64,000 bases of DNA from Blastocatellia bacterium (GCA_963765495.1 CAVXWP010000017.1:32001-96000); one strand, 5' to 3'; numbered from the stretch's first letter, positions 29,160 through 39,340 are shown. The notes: generated from the letters alone by a model not told the origin. Numbers and translations: made by a program.

Positions 29160-29657
29160 ATGCATTCAAAAGGAGATGGTAAAGTGGCGCGCCGCGCAAT
29201 CTATCCGGGATCATTCGACCCCATAACGATGGGGCACCTGGACATCATAGAACGTTCGGCCCGGCTCTTTGACGAGGTGATAGTCGGCGTGCTCCTGAAC
29301 ATTTCCAAGCAGCCTATGTTTTCGCCCGATGAGCGAATCGAGATGATCGCGTCGGTCTGCCGGAAGTGGCAGAATGTGCGTGTAGACACTTTCGAGGGGT
29401 TGCTGGTCCATTACGCCGTAGAGCAAAACGCGCAGGTGATAGTGAGGGGGATACGCGCGGTGTCGGATTACGAGTACGAGCTTCAGATGGCGTTGATGAA
29501 TCGCAGACTCGAACCATCGGTTGAAACGGTATTCCTGATGGCCGCCGAAGAGTATTCTTATCTGAGTTCGCGGCTTATCAAAGAAGTCTTCAAGCTGGGA
29601 GGCCCGGTATCGGGACTGGTTCCCGAACTGGTCGAGCAAAGAATGCGGAACAGGTAA
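29160..29657 (+). CDS. coaD: Pantetheine-phosphate adenylyltransferase
   Basis: YPGSFDPITMGH, RGIRAVSDYEYE, SSRLIKE. Start may be GTG 29184. Confidence 0.96.
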   Translation: MHSKGDGKVARRAIYPGSFDPITMGHLDIIERSARLFDEVIVGVLLNISKQPMFSPDERIEMIASVCRKWQNVRVDTFEGLLVHYAVEQNAQVIVRGIRAVSDYEYELQMALMNRRLEPSVETVFLMAAEEYSYLSSRLIKEVFKLGGPVSGLVPELVEQRMRNR

Positions 29658-29668
29658 CAGGAGGAATA

Positions 29669-30880
29669 ATGGCTACGCAGGAAGTCGGCAAAGCGGTCTT
29701 TACGGAATCTGTTTATGTATCTGATGTTGAGGTCTCTTCTACGCTCAAGGTGTTGATGGTGGCTGAACGGCTTCGCGCAGAAGGAATTGACCTTGTGGAC
29801 CTGGGCGCGGGCGAGCCTGACTTTCCCACTCCGCGAAATGTGAAAGACGCCGCCGAGCGGGCGATTGAAGAGAACTTCACGCGCTACACTTCTACATCGG
29901 GAATCGCCCCGCTCAAACGAGCCATCATCGAGATGATGCGGCGCGATTTTTCGGTGGATTTCAAACCATCGGAAGTGATAGTGACGGTTGGCGGCAAGCA
30001 GGGCATCTTCAACGCGATGGCCGCGCTGCTCAATCCCGGCGATGAGGTGCTCGTGCATGCGCCTTACTGGGTGACCTTTCCTGAAATAGCCAAATTTTTC
30101 CGCGCTACCCCGGTCACGATAGATACACGCGCGAACCAGTTTCTTCTGACCGCCGATATGGTGCGCGAAGCCATAACGCCGCGCACCCGATTGCTCATCA
30201 TAAACTCTCCAAACAATCCGAGCGGGCGCATAATACCGGCTGATGAGTTTCAAAAGATCGTGGAAGTGGCCGCAGAGCGGGACGTGTGGATCATCAGCGA
30301 TGAGTGCTATTTGTACTTCGCCTATCCGCCCGCCGCGCCCTTCACGGCCGCGCAACTGCCCTCGGAGTTGCGGTCGCGGGTGATGATAAGCGGATCGTTC
30401 TCAAAATCTTATGCGATGACCGGCTGGCGCATAGGTTATGCGCTTGGCCCCGAAGAGTGGATTCACGCAATGCTAAAGGTGCAAAGCCATTCTACATCGA
30501 ATGCCACGTCGATATCGCAAAAGGCGGCCCTAGAAGCCGCGACCGGGCCGCAAGACACGCTCCGAGCCATGATCGCCGAATACCGGGCGCGCCGCGACTG
30601 GATCATCCCGGCCCTCAACGAAATCGACGGCATAGAGTGTTCCATGCCCGAAGGCGCGTTCTACTGTTTTCCAAATGTGGAGAAACTATTTGGCGACCGG
30701 GTAACAAACTCCGCCGAATTTGCAGACCTCTTGCTCGAAGAAGCTCAGGTGACGGTAACTGCCGGGTCGGCCTTCGGAGTCGAAGGCCATATTCGAATCT
30801 CATACGCCAATTCGCTGGAAGCAATAAAACGCGGTGTCGAACGAATAGCCGAAACAGCGGCCCGACTCAGTAGGCAGTAG
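29669..30880 (+). CDS. PLP-dependent class I aminotransferase (aspartate aminotransferase-like)
   Basis: GEPDF, NSPNNPSG, SDECY, SFSKSYAMTGWRIG, IRISYA. Confidence 0.93.
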   Translation: MATQEVGKAVFTESVYVSDVEVSSTLKVLMVAERLRAEGIDLVDLGAGEPDFPTPRNVKDAAERAIEENFTRYTSTSGIAPLKRAIIEMMRRDFSVDFKPSEVIVTVGGKQGIFNAMAALLNPGDEVLVHAPYWVTFPEIAKFFRATPVTIDTRANQFLLTADMVREAITPRTRLLIINSPNNPSGRIIPADEFQKIVEVAAERDVWIISDECYLYFAYPPAAPFTAAQLPSELRSRVMISGSFSKSYAMTGWRIGYALGPEEWIHAMLKVQSHSTSNATSISQKAALEAATGPQDTLRAMIAEYRARRDWIIPALNEIDGIECSMPEGAFYCFPNVEKLFGDRVTNSAEFADLLLEEAQVTVTAGSAFGVEGHIRISYANSLEAIKRGVERIAETAARLSRQ

Positions 30881-30990
30881 GCAGTAGGCAGTAGATACTG
30901 AACTGACGACTACTGCTAAAGAGTGTACGGGGCATGCATATGAATAGATGGTGCCCAACTCCGTCACTGCCTACTGCCTACTGCCTACTG
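30868..30990. repeat. Heptamer-armed cassette, GCAGTAG family
   Basis: Both convergent genes (aminotransferase and kinase) terminate at TAG codons inside its two arms. Confidence 0.88.
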
Positions 30991-32763
30991 CGTAGAGTAG
31001 ACCTTCAAATCACGCTCGCCGATTATCTTCCAGGTTTCGTTTATCCGCGCAAGCCAGACTCTCTCCTGCACCTTGCCGGATGAGCGGTCCTGGCCTGAAA
31101 AATTCCAGCGCTTGTCAAAGGTGACAACAGCCCGACGGCCCGAATTGTCTACGGCTATCTCCACATTGCTCAATTTAAAATCCATGTTCGAATAAATGGA
31201 TAAGGCGCGCGCGCGGTCTGACCTCACAAAATCACGACTCACGCCGGTCTTCAGGTAATACCTCTCAAGGCGCGGCGCGTAATGGTTTATGTGCGCTTCC
31301 AGGTTGCGGTTTTCCAGACTCCCGGTCCAGTTCGTCAAGGTCGTTCGTATCTGCTCTCGCGCCTGCGCCAGATCCGACTCGGGCGCAGAAGTGGAAACCT
31401 CCTGACTTTCAGCAGGCGGCTCTTCAGCGGGCGGAGATGAGTTTCTGTTTTCAGCCTGCGGCTTGCCTGCTTCGCTCTGCGCCTTCTGGCCGGGCTCAGA
31501 CGCAGGCGCGGTTCGCGTGCTCAAAACCATATAGGCGATGACGCCCGCAACCGCTAAGAGAACTATCATCAACCAGGCTATCGGCCAGACCTTTTTCTGC
31601 TTCTCACCGTAGCCGCTGGCATCGGAGGGAACCGGCGGCGGATGCTCATTATAAGATGTTTGAGCAGGTTCGATAGGGGATGTGTTGACAGAGGGGGTAT
31701 TTAAGTCGGAGGGGGATTGCATGCGAACAAGCGTGCTTTCCTCCGCCCCCCCCTTGCGTAAAGGGTCATGGTCGGCAAGCGGCACACTGATGCGCGTAGA
31801 AGGCTCAGCCCGGATTTCCGCGCTGTTCTCTTTGTCGTGGAGCCCCGCTACGACTTCAAATTGCCCGGATAACTCTCCCGCGCTCTGAGGTCGCAGGTCC
31901 GGGTCTTTTTCGAGAGCCTGCATGACGACCGCTTCTATTTCGGGCGACAGGTCGGGCTGTATCTGTCTGAGCGGTGGCGGCGGCTCTGTCATGTGCGCCT
32001 TCATCAGTTGCGCCGCGCTCCCTTCGAAAGGCGCTCTACCCGCGAGCATCTCATAAAGGACCACGCCCAGAGAGTAAATGTCGCTGCGGAAATCTACCGG
32101 CTTTTCGTCGCATTGCTCGGGAGACATATAACGCGGTGTGCCTATGATCCAGGATGACCCCGTAAGCGCCGCGCGGCGATTCATATCTTCCTGTATGCGG
32201 GCCACGCCGAAATCAAGCACCACGACCCAATCCGATCCTTCGTATTCGGATATGAGAAGATTATCGGGTTTGATGTCGCGATGGATCACCGAAACTGAGT
32301 GCGCGGCGTCAAGAGCAGCGGATGTCTGGCGCAGTATATTGGCAGTTCGCTCGACGGGCAATGGTCCGGTGCGCCGCATCAAATCACCGAGAGATTCGCC
32401 CTCAACCAGCCCCATAACGATAAATGGCGTGGCGCCGTCTATCCCGTAATCATTAACATCAACGGCATTCGGATGGCGTAGGCGGCTCGCAGCACGGGCT
32501 TCGTGTTCGAACTGACTGGCGATTTTCGGATCGGCTGCAAGCTCGGGCTTCAGTACTTTGACGGCAAATCGCTTGCCTATGACCGTGTGACGAGCGCGAT
32601 AAACCACGCACATCCCGCCTGAGCCGATCCGCTCTTCGATCAGATACTTATCCGCAAGCGTAACGCCTACAAGCCTGTCTGAGGGGTCTAAGAGAGAGGC
32701 GCATCTCGGGCAATGGTTTTCGTATACTGGAGCAGGTGAGCCGCAATTCATGCAAAATTTCAT
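30985..32763 (-). CDS. Membrane Hanks-type Ser/Thr kinase: Zn-ribbon, kinase, TM, NTF2/SnoaL-like external domain
   Basis: CxxC...CxxC; GSGGM, AVKVL, HRDIKPDN, DFG, GTPRYMSPEQ; TM segment WPIAWLMIVLLAVAGVIAYMVL. Confidence 0.92.
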   Translation of the reverse strand: MKFCMNCGSPAPVYENHCPRCASLLDPSDRLVGVTLADKYLIEERIGSGGMCVVYRARHTVIGKRFAVKVLKPELAADPKIASQFEHEARAASRLRHPNAVDVNDYGIDGATPFIVMGLVEGESLGDLMRRTGPLPVERTANILRQTSAALDAAHSVSVIHRDIKPDNLLISEYEGSDWVVVLDFGVARIQEDMNRRAALTGSSWIIGTPRYMSPEQCDEKPVDFRSDIYSLGVVLYEMLAGRAPFEGSAAQLMKAHMTEPPPPLRQIQPDLSPEIEAVVMQALEKDPDLRPQSAGELSGQFEVVAGLHDKENSAEIRAEPSTRISVPLADHDPLRKGGAEESTLVRMQSPSDLNTPSVNTSPIEPAQTSYNEHPPPVPSDASGYGEKQKKVWPIAWLMIVLLAVAGVIAYMVLSTRTAPASEPGQKAQSEAGKPQAENRNSSPPAEEPPAESQEVSTSAPESDLAQAREQIRTTLTNWTGSLENRNLEAHINHYAPRLERYYLKTGVSRDFVRSDRARALSIYSNMDFKLSNVEIAVDNSGRRAVVTFDKRWNFSGQDRSSGKVQERVWLARINETWKIIGERDLKVYSTQ

Positions 32764-33106
32764 ATGGATCAGGATTCCTCATCAAATCTCGACAGCAGCC
32801 CACCGGATATACGATCAAATGCTAGCCCCGCGCCAGGTGGCGCAGGCTATACTCATGCATTCTAACAGTGGCTTTATAGATTATTCCAATTGTGTGAGAA
32901 ATCAATCGGAGAACAGACCGTATGCGGGGAATATGAACGGGGTAGTCTGCCATCTATGGAAGAATTACAGACTACCCTGTATCGCGCCGATATTTTCATG
33001 TGACGCGCCGGTAAGGGTGATAAAAATGGTCTTCAACCCGCAAGGGTTGTTTCTAATCGGGCGGAAACACTCCAGGCCGGTTCCAGGGGACGGATTCAAC
33101 CGCCCA

Positions 33107-33328
33107 TCACAGCTTCGTAATGCTGATATCCTGATCGCCCTCATCTTTGAATTTCTTAAAGAAGTATATGGCAAAGCAAATGAGCGCGATCACCAGGAAG
33201 ATACCGGCATAGACTAGCTTTGATGTGTCACCACCTTTATCAACGTCGTGGGACTGGGAAAATTGGAGTAGAAACCAAACTGCCGGACCCAGGGCAACCA
33301 GTCCTACTATCCAAAGTAGATGCTTCAT
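33107..33328 (-). CDS. Small two-TM membrane protein
   Basis: Strong RBS AAGGAGG; two hydrophobic helices. Confidence 0.7.
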   Translation of the reverse strand: MKHLLWIVGLVALGPAVWFLLQFSQSHDVDKGGDTSKLVYAGIFLVIALICFAIYFFKKFKDEGDQDISITKL

Positions 33329-33475
33329 AGCTGCCTCCTTAAGTAAAAGTGAAGAAAAATACTCAGACTATTCGTTTCAGATGCGGTGCGGACTTCTACT
33401 ACTCTGCGAAATCAAAATATACTTGAACGGCCCTGCTGTCAAGGCGGTCTGCCAGGAACGTCACTTTGCCCTGAC

Positions 33476-34486
33476 TCAGCGGCGAAACAGAGATACGGAG
33501 CGGCTCTCTTGGAGCAGGAGACAGGCGACATCGAAAACTTCGGCGACCGGGATACGAGCGCGAGAAGCCCCCGCCACCACGCGATGTGACTTTGATGCAT
33601 TTGAACGCGCAGAGCCGACATCTGTAATTTCAAGCACCGGGGCATCAAGCGACATCGCCATTCGCGCCACTCCGGGCTCGTCTGTAACAAGCAGGCTCGC
33701 CCGCGCAATGGCCGCCGCAAGTTCAAGTGCGCGAGGCTCACGCAGCTTGATTGCGCCCTGTGGCAGCATCGCCTCTATGGCATCGGTAAACTCGGTGCCG
33801 GAAGGCTCGTCGGCCACAACTATTCGCGCACCAAAATTGTTTGCCAGATTGGCGGCAAGCTCGCCAAAATTTTCTATCGGCCAGCCGCGTGTGCCTCCCG
33901 TATTTGAAGCATAAAGTGCGATGACCGGCTCGCCTCCGCGAGACCCGTGCCGGGCAAGCAGCTTCTCGAATTTCTCGTTCTCTTCGGCTGGGGGAACAAT
34001 GTTTAGTCGTTCATCCTCTATTTTGAGTCCCAACTGCTCAAGCACGCTGGCCACATCATCGGCGTGAAGGTTCCCACGCATTCTGGGCCTTGCGCGCCCA
34101 AACAACCCCTCCAGAATCGGCGGCATTCTTGAAGGCGTAATCGTTCGCCCGCCGATGGCTATCCGCGAGATCAATTGAGTTTCGAGCCGGGGTGAAAAAT
34201 CAAGCACTATTTCCACATCTGTTCGACGAGTATCTCTGAACAACCGAATGATCCGCTTGATCGAGTCTCCCGATCCTTGCGCCGATTGCCTGACCACACC
34301 CAGATTGACCGTCGCATCGGCGAAGCCATAGGTCTGGATAAGCTCGCAGGTCCCCGAGGGGGCCGCCGCGATCAGAAAGGTTCCGGGATAAGCGACGCGT
34401 AACGCCTTCATAGCCGGAAGTATTTCGAGCGATACACCGAAAGGCGCTACCTCAATGGCGAGAATTGAATGTGGCTGTTGAGCCAT
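33476..34486 (-). CDS. Glycosyltransferase family 9 (heptosyltransferase-like)
   Basis: LPAMKALRVAYP, RGWPIENFGELA, ELAAAIARASLLVTDEPG..MA..LDAP. Confidence 0.8.
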   Translation of the reverse strand: MAQQPHSILAIEVAPFGVSLEILPAMKALRVAYPGTFLIAAAPSGTCELIQTYGFADATVNLGVVRQSAQGSGDSIKRIIRLFRDTRRTDVEIVLDFSPRLETQLISRIAIGGRTITPSRMPPILEGLFGRARPRMRGNLHADDVASVLEQLGLKIEDERLNIVPPAEENEKFEKLLARHGSRGGEPVIALYASNTGGTRGWPIENFGELAANLANNFGARIVVADEPSGTEFTDAIEAMLPQGAIKLREPRALELAAAIARASLLVTDEPGVARMAMSLDAPVLEITDVGSARSNASKSHRVVAGASRARIPVAEVFDVACLLLQESRSVSLFRR

Positions 34487-34641
34487 GAAATTTATTATAC
34501 AGACTCTCGGCGCGCCCTGTCAGTCTCGAGCACCCGGAAAGACCCGACCTCCTGCACTAGGCCAGGGCCATTCAGTTTTTGAATTGCGGGCAACATGCGT
34601 CAGGCATTTTAACAAGTTAATTTGATTGCAAGGCGAATTGA

Positions 34642-34743
34642 AATAGGCCGGAACGGACGCGGATCGGGCGGATCTACGCGGATCTGACCTTATAGGATTT
34701 AATCCACGAAAATCCGCCCGATCCGCGTCCGTTCCGGCCTATT
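34642..34743. repeat. 102-bp hairpin element (GCGGAT, 9-nt period), REP/MITE-like
   Basis: AATAGGCCGGAACGGACGCGGATC...GATCCGCGTCCGTTCCGGCCTATT; sister copies at 62538-62639 and 52200-52296. Confidence 0.85.
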
Positions 34744-34810
34744 GTTTATCACGTTACTTTGGGCGTGCCGATTTTGTGCGCTTTGATTTTGTGTCGGTTC
34801 GACAAAACAT

Positions 34811-37039
34811 CTACTCGACGACCTCGATATCAATCCACTGAGAGGCTACGGAATATTTTTCTTTGGCGAGTCTGTCTTTAACTATGATCTGTAGAACATA
34901 CTCTCCGGGCTGCATTCGCCCGGCCAGTTGCAAGACCCCGTAGGCAGGTATTTGCCTTGTATCAATCTTTCCATTCAGATTCACAGGATTCGACTTGCCG
35001 GTGTAGACCGGCTTACCGTCCTTAAACAGCATCACCTGAGTCTCAAGTTGTGGCAGATGTGTCGCTTGATCCTGCTTTGCGTTGTAAATATAAAAACTGT
35101 ATTTAACATTTCTGCCCGACTGGAATCGTCTCAGGGCCGGGGTCAGTTGTGACGCCACCCGATCGTTCACATCATCTGTATCGCCGGTTGCCTGCTGTGC
35201 AGGCACGTCATATTCACTCAAGACTATGCCAGATATCCCAAGGCGCTTCTTGCCCATATCGGGTACTTCGATGTACTGATTGGCCGAACCTACGCGCTCC
35301 GTTGCCACATCGCGCACGGCAGCGCGCAATTGATAAGCGCCGGGTTTCTTGATCGGGACCAGAAGCGTGTATAGGATGCCGGTACTCAGGATGCTCTGCA
35401 TTTCCTCTGTCGAGACCTCCAAAACATATGTGCGTCCCTCTTCATCTACTGGCTGGCCGTTGTCTCCGAAGGTGACCGCCAGAATATCAAAGGTGGCTTT
35501 GCGCTTGCCGTTTGCCTCTTCAACAAATGTAAAACCGTGCATGTCTATGTAGAGGAGAGAGCGCACATAAGCGCCCTTGTTCGGGTCCTGACCAAACAGA
35601 GATGTCAGACGCAGGTCCAGTTCGCCCGAAGAGAATGGCGAAGTGACCGCCGCATACAATTGCGCTTCGCGTGTGAGATGTGTGGGACGCGCCTCTTCGT
35701 CCGTTATTCCGTAAAAGCCCCTGCGCGAGCGCACGTTGTACCCCGACGGTTTTACCTTGATCGAAATTTTGTGAAATCGGTGACGCCCGGATTCAGCCTT
35801 AAAAGTCTTTTCATCCGGCACGTAGCCGAGCAGGTAATAACCCTTCTGATCGTCGAGCGCGCGCTTGATGCCGAGGCTAAGATCATTTGAGTTGCGCAGG
35901 GCGAGGCCGCCCGTCTCCTGCGCGAGATAATTCAATCCCTCCTGTGTTTCAAACAGTTCATCGCGCCGGTTCCGCAATCGTTCCTCTATCTCGTCCGGCC
36001 TGAGTGAGGATACATCGTCGGCAGCCGTAAGACCTGTAACCTGCAATCCGCGCGCATCCATAGTGTAGACGACTACGGAGGCCCGGTTTGCAAGATCGGT
36101 CAGCCGCCTGAGCGATTCGAGGACGCGATAATTATCACCTTCACGATTGAATAATCTGAAGCCGTCGGAAAATAACATCACCGATTTGCGCCCCGGCAAT
36201 CCTCTAAGCCCGCGCACTATGAAATTGAGCGCGCCGAGCGTGCCTACGGCAAAGATGTTTTCCCTGAACTTTTCGAGTTCATCGTCGCGCTCGCGATCCC
36301 CTCGATGTTCATCACGTCGGGAAGAATCCCGGGTGAGGGGGTCCTGGCCGTCGGGCGTATCTGAGGCAGAGGCCCGTCCGCGCCCCAGCTTGATGCTTGC
36401 GTCTGTCTGATCTTCAACTATCTGGGCAAAGGCACCGATGCGTCCGCGCCCACCCGGATACCAGCGCACACGCTCGATTGCCGCGTATAACTGCCTCTTG
36501 TCGGAGGTGAACTGTTGCAAAGCGCCAACACCCGCGCCGGTTCGCAATATTGCAACGAGGTCTCCGGGCTTCATCTGCTCCGTCACAAATTTCTTAAGGG
36601 CCTCTCGCACCGAATGTGCGCTTTCGAAAGAGAGAGTCAGGTCATCAACTACGAGCGCGATAGTTCGGCGAACCTGCTCCGGTCGCAAATTAACGGGGGG
36701 CACAGGAGCCGCGCTCTTAACGGAAGGCGGTGGTATGACCTCCGATGGCGCATCTTCTGCCGAAGTGGAGACATAAGAGAAATTTGTGATCTGTTGCCTG
36801 CGACCGTCTTCATAGATTTCGAAATCCTCGGGTCGCAGATCCCTCACCTGCCGCCCCTTCTTATCCGTAACCACCGCGTCCACCTGCACAAGCGTCACAC
36901 CCAGTTTCACAACCGCGCCTTTGCTATCATCCTCCTTCTGAGATTCTCCCTGTTGAACGGCACTCGATTGCAGCCTGCCGAATACGGGGCCACACAGAGT
37001 CAGCCCAATGATGAGCGCAAACGTAAGAGACTTTTTCAT
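34811..37039 (-). CDS. VWFA-related acidobacterial domain protein, secreted
   Basis: LVQVDAVVTDKKG..VRDL...DF.IYEDG, GRKSVMLFSDG, LAQETGG, YYLLGY, RSRRGF. Likely start ATG 37039. Confidence 0.9.
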   Translation of the reverse strand: MKKSLTFALIIGLTLCGPVFGRLQSSAVQQGESQKEDDSKGAVVKLGVTLVQVDAVVTDKKGRQVRDLRPEDFEIYEDGRRQQITNFSYVSTSAEDAPSEVIPPPSVKSAAPVPPVNLRPEQVRRTIALVVDDLTLSFESAHSVREALKKFVTEQMKPGDLVAILRTGAGVGALQQFTSDKRQLYAAIERVRWYPGGRGRIGAFAQIVEDQTDASIKLGRGRASASDTPDGQDPLTRDSSRRDEHRGDRERDDELEKFRENIFAVGTLGALNFIVRGLRGLPGRKSVMLFSDGFRLFNREGDNYRVLESLRRLTDLANRASVVVYTMDARGLQVTGLTAADDVSSLRPDEIEERLRNRRDELFETQEGLNYLAQETGGLALRNSNDLSLGIKRALDDQKGYYLLGYVPDEKTFKAESGRHRFHKISIKVKPSGYNVRSRRGFYGITDEEARPTHLTREAQLYAAVTSPFSSGELDLRLTSLFGQDPNKGAYVRSLLYIDMHGFTFVEEANGKRKATFDILAVTFGDNGQPVDEEGRTYVLEVSTEEMQSILSTGILYTLLVPIKKPGAYQLRAAVRDVATERVGSANQYIEVPDMGKKRLGISGIVLSEYDVPAQQATGDTDDVNDRVASQLTPALRRFQSGRNVKYSFYIYNAKQDQATHLPQLETQVMLFKDGKPVYTGKSNPVNLNGKIDTRQIPAYGVLQLAGRMQPGEYVLQIIVKDRLAKEKYSVASQWIDIEVVE

Positions 37040-37291
37040 ATCTGCTCTCCCAAACACAGTAGCGCAAAGAACAACCCTGAAATGTTCCACGATGGACGCC
37101 TCTAAGGATCAACAACCTGGGTATTGAACAATCTACTCGGAGGCCAATTACAACCGCTTGCCTTCTCTTTGTCAGCCCCGGTTCCGCGATACGCGCGAAT
37201 AAAGGGCAAGGACCGATTTCAATTTTCTGGAACGGGACCCCACTGGCCGAAGAATTGGCGGGTGAAGTTTACTTAATCATTAAACCTGATG

Positions 37292-38164
37292 TCAAATTCC
37301 CGCAAGAAGCGACATCACCTGTTCGGTGTCGGTCAGGGTTTCAAGCAACGCGTCGGGCGAAAACTCATTGAGGTGGTCTGCCGTATGCTGGCCCGAAGCT
37401 ACCGCGATGACCCGAGCGCCGAAGTGACGGGCGCAGGATATATCTCGCGGCGTATCGCCCACTATGATAAACCGTTCGGGCGCAAGCGTTCTCCCCAATT
37501 GTTCGCCGATTCTGCGCGCGGCAATCTCAGGCAGGTGATTGCGCTCTTCGGCATCGCTTCCAAACGCGCCGCGCAGCTCGAAATATTGCCATATTCCGGC
37601 CACGCGCAATTTGGCCTCGGCCAGTTTTTCTACGTTGCCCGTGAGCAGACTTGAAACAAAACGCTGATCGGCTGAAAGCGTTTCAAGCAATTGGCCTACG
37701 CCCGCGCACAACCTGAAGACCTCGCCGGTCGCGGCAAGCTCTCCGAGCATCTCGACCATAAATGCTTCAAGCACGGGCAGGCGCTCTCGTATCATCTGCG
37801 GAGTTATACCCTCGCACTCAAGCGCCTCGCGATAGATCGCAAGGTCGGTTTTGCCGGAGAAATCAACCTCGCTTATTCGACCGCAGGTTCCAAATACATC
37901 GTTCAACATCTGCCGGATGCGACCTCGATATTCCGGCCTTCGCACGGCGCGAATCAGCGTGCCGTCTATGTCGAACAGGATTACGCGGGGGTCGGCTTCG
38001 CAGGGACCGGGAGCCGGGGGCCGGGGGCCAGTAGCAGATACTGATGGCAAGTTTTCTGTGGTTTTTCCTGTTGAATTTGCGCCGGGCAAGACTGTATTCG
38101 CGCCATCCCTTCCGGTCCCCGGCCCCCGGCCCCCGGCCCCCGGCCCCTGTTCTTTATTAGACAT
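37292..38164 (-). CDS. HAD-superfamily hydrolase carrying an in-frame repeat cassette near its N-terminus
   Basis: Motifs FDIDGTL, LTGN, IVGDTPRD. ATG 38164 overlaps the ychF-like stop codon (translational coupling). Confidence 0.88.
   Translation of the reverse strand: MSNKEQGPGAGGRGPGTGRDGANTVLPGANSTGKTTENLPSVSATGPRPPAPGPCEADPRVILFDIDGTLIRAVRRPEYRGRIRQMLNDVFGTCGRISEVDFSGKTDLAIYREALECEGITPQMIRERLPVLEAFMVEMLGELAATGEVFRLCAGVGQLLETLSADQRFVSSLLTGNVEKLAEAKLRVAGIWQYFELRGAFGSDAEERNHLPEIAARRIGEQLGRTLAPERFIIVGDTPRDISCARHFGARVIAVASGQHTADHLNEFSPDALLETLTDTEQVMSLLAGI
38002..38148. repeat. Heptamer-armed cassette, GGGGGCC family, inside a CDS
   Basis: Four GGGGGCC-like units + 84-nt core + five GGCCCCC-like units; 147 bp, stop-free in the coding frame. 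Confidence 0.85.
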
Positions 38165-39218
38165 TGAATCTGTAATGGATAACATCTCCGTCCTGGACGG
38201 TGTATTCCTTGCCTTCGAGGCGGAGTTTGCCCTGTTCACGACATCGAGCCTCGCTGCCGCATTCTATCAGGTCTTCGAAGCGAACTACCTCGGCGCGTAT
38301 GAAACCGCGCTCGATGTCGGAGTGAATCTTTCCGGCGGCCTTCTGCGCGGTGGTTCCCCGGCTTATGGTCCAGGCGCGGCATTCGTCTTCGCCCGAAGTC
38401 AAAAAACTTATCAAGTCGAGCAGTTTGTAAGCGGCGCGGATAAACCGCTCTCTTGCGGGTTCGGCAATTCCCAGGTCTTGCAAAAATTCGCGTTGCTCGT
38501 CCGAGTCAAGCTCGGCTATTTCCATTTCGGCTTTGCCCGCCATCGCTATGAGCCGCAGACTCTTAGACTCGGCCAGTTCCGCTACATCTGAGGGCGGCCC
38601 CCCGGCCACCTGATCTTCAGACATATTCAGCAGCACGAGCATGGGCTTGAGACTCATAAAGCGAAAGCCCGCGATCATCGCCTTCTCTTCCGAAGAAAGG
38701 TCCAGATCGCGCAGGGGTCGCTCTTCTTCCAGCGCCGTCTTTAATCGTTCGAGCACCTCGCGTTCGCGGGCAGAGTCTTTCTCTTTCTTGAGCCTTGCGA
38801 TGCGGTTTTCGATCTGTACGAGATCGGTCAGTATCAACTCGTCATCAAAGGCCCGTATGTCGCGCGCCGCGTCTGCCGGTTGCGCAAGCATAGGGTTTTC
38901 AAAAGCGCGCACAACGTGCACGAGCGCTTCGGCCTCTCGCATATGCTGAACCAGTTTCGGGTCAAGTCCGGCCTCCGCCCTCTCGGCTTCTTCGGCCTGC
39001 GGGCCGGCCACATCAACGAAGCTGATTTCGGCCAGGGTCTTCTTCTTTGGATTGTAAAGCTCGGCCAGCTTTTCCACGCGGGGGTCAGGCACTTTTATCA
39101 CCCCGATGTTTGCTTTTTCGCGACCGCTAAAGCCTCCGACTTCTGCCGTCAGCCCGGTCAGCGTATTGAACACGGTAGTCTTTCCCGATCCCGCAAATCC
39201 TACAAGTCCTACTTTCAT
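38157..39218 (-). CDS. ychF: YchF/Obg-family ATPase paralogue (DUF933 C-terminus)
   Basis: GSGKTT, VPDPR, DVAG, HVVRAF, AGKIHSDIERGFIRAEV, LEGKEY.VQDGD; divergent switch region. Confidence 0.85.
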   Translation of the reverse strand: MKVGLVGFAGSGKTTVFNTLTGLTAEVGGFSGREKANIGVIKVPDPRVEKLAELYNPKKKTLAEISFVDVAGPQAEEAERAEAGLDPKLVQHMREAEALVHVVRAFENPMLAQPADAARDIRAFDDELILTDLVQIENRIARLKKEKDSAREREVLERLKTALEEERPLRDLDLSSEEKAMIAGFRFMSLKPMLVLLNMSEDQVAGGPPSDVAELAESKSLRLIAMAGKAEMEIAELDSDEQREFLQDLGIAEPARERFIRAAYKLLDLISFLTSGEDECRAWTISRGTTAQKAAGKIHSDIERGFIRAEVVRFEDLIECGSEARCREQGKLRLEGKEYTVQDGDVIHYRFNV

Positions 39219-39231
39219 TTTCCCCCTTATG

Positions 39232-39340
39232 TTGAAACGTGATTCGTGATTCGTGATTTACCTGACTTGCAATTTGCCCTTAACGAGCAAACTTCCTTAA
39301 AGTCACGGATCACGCATTACGTATTACGCATCACGCATCT
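39232..39340. repeat. Heptamer-armed cassette, GTGATGC family (core beta, diverged)
   Basis: 45-nt core at 39257-39301; supplies the gpmI stop codon. Confidence 0.85.
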
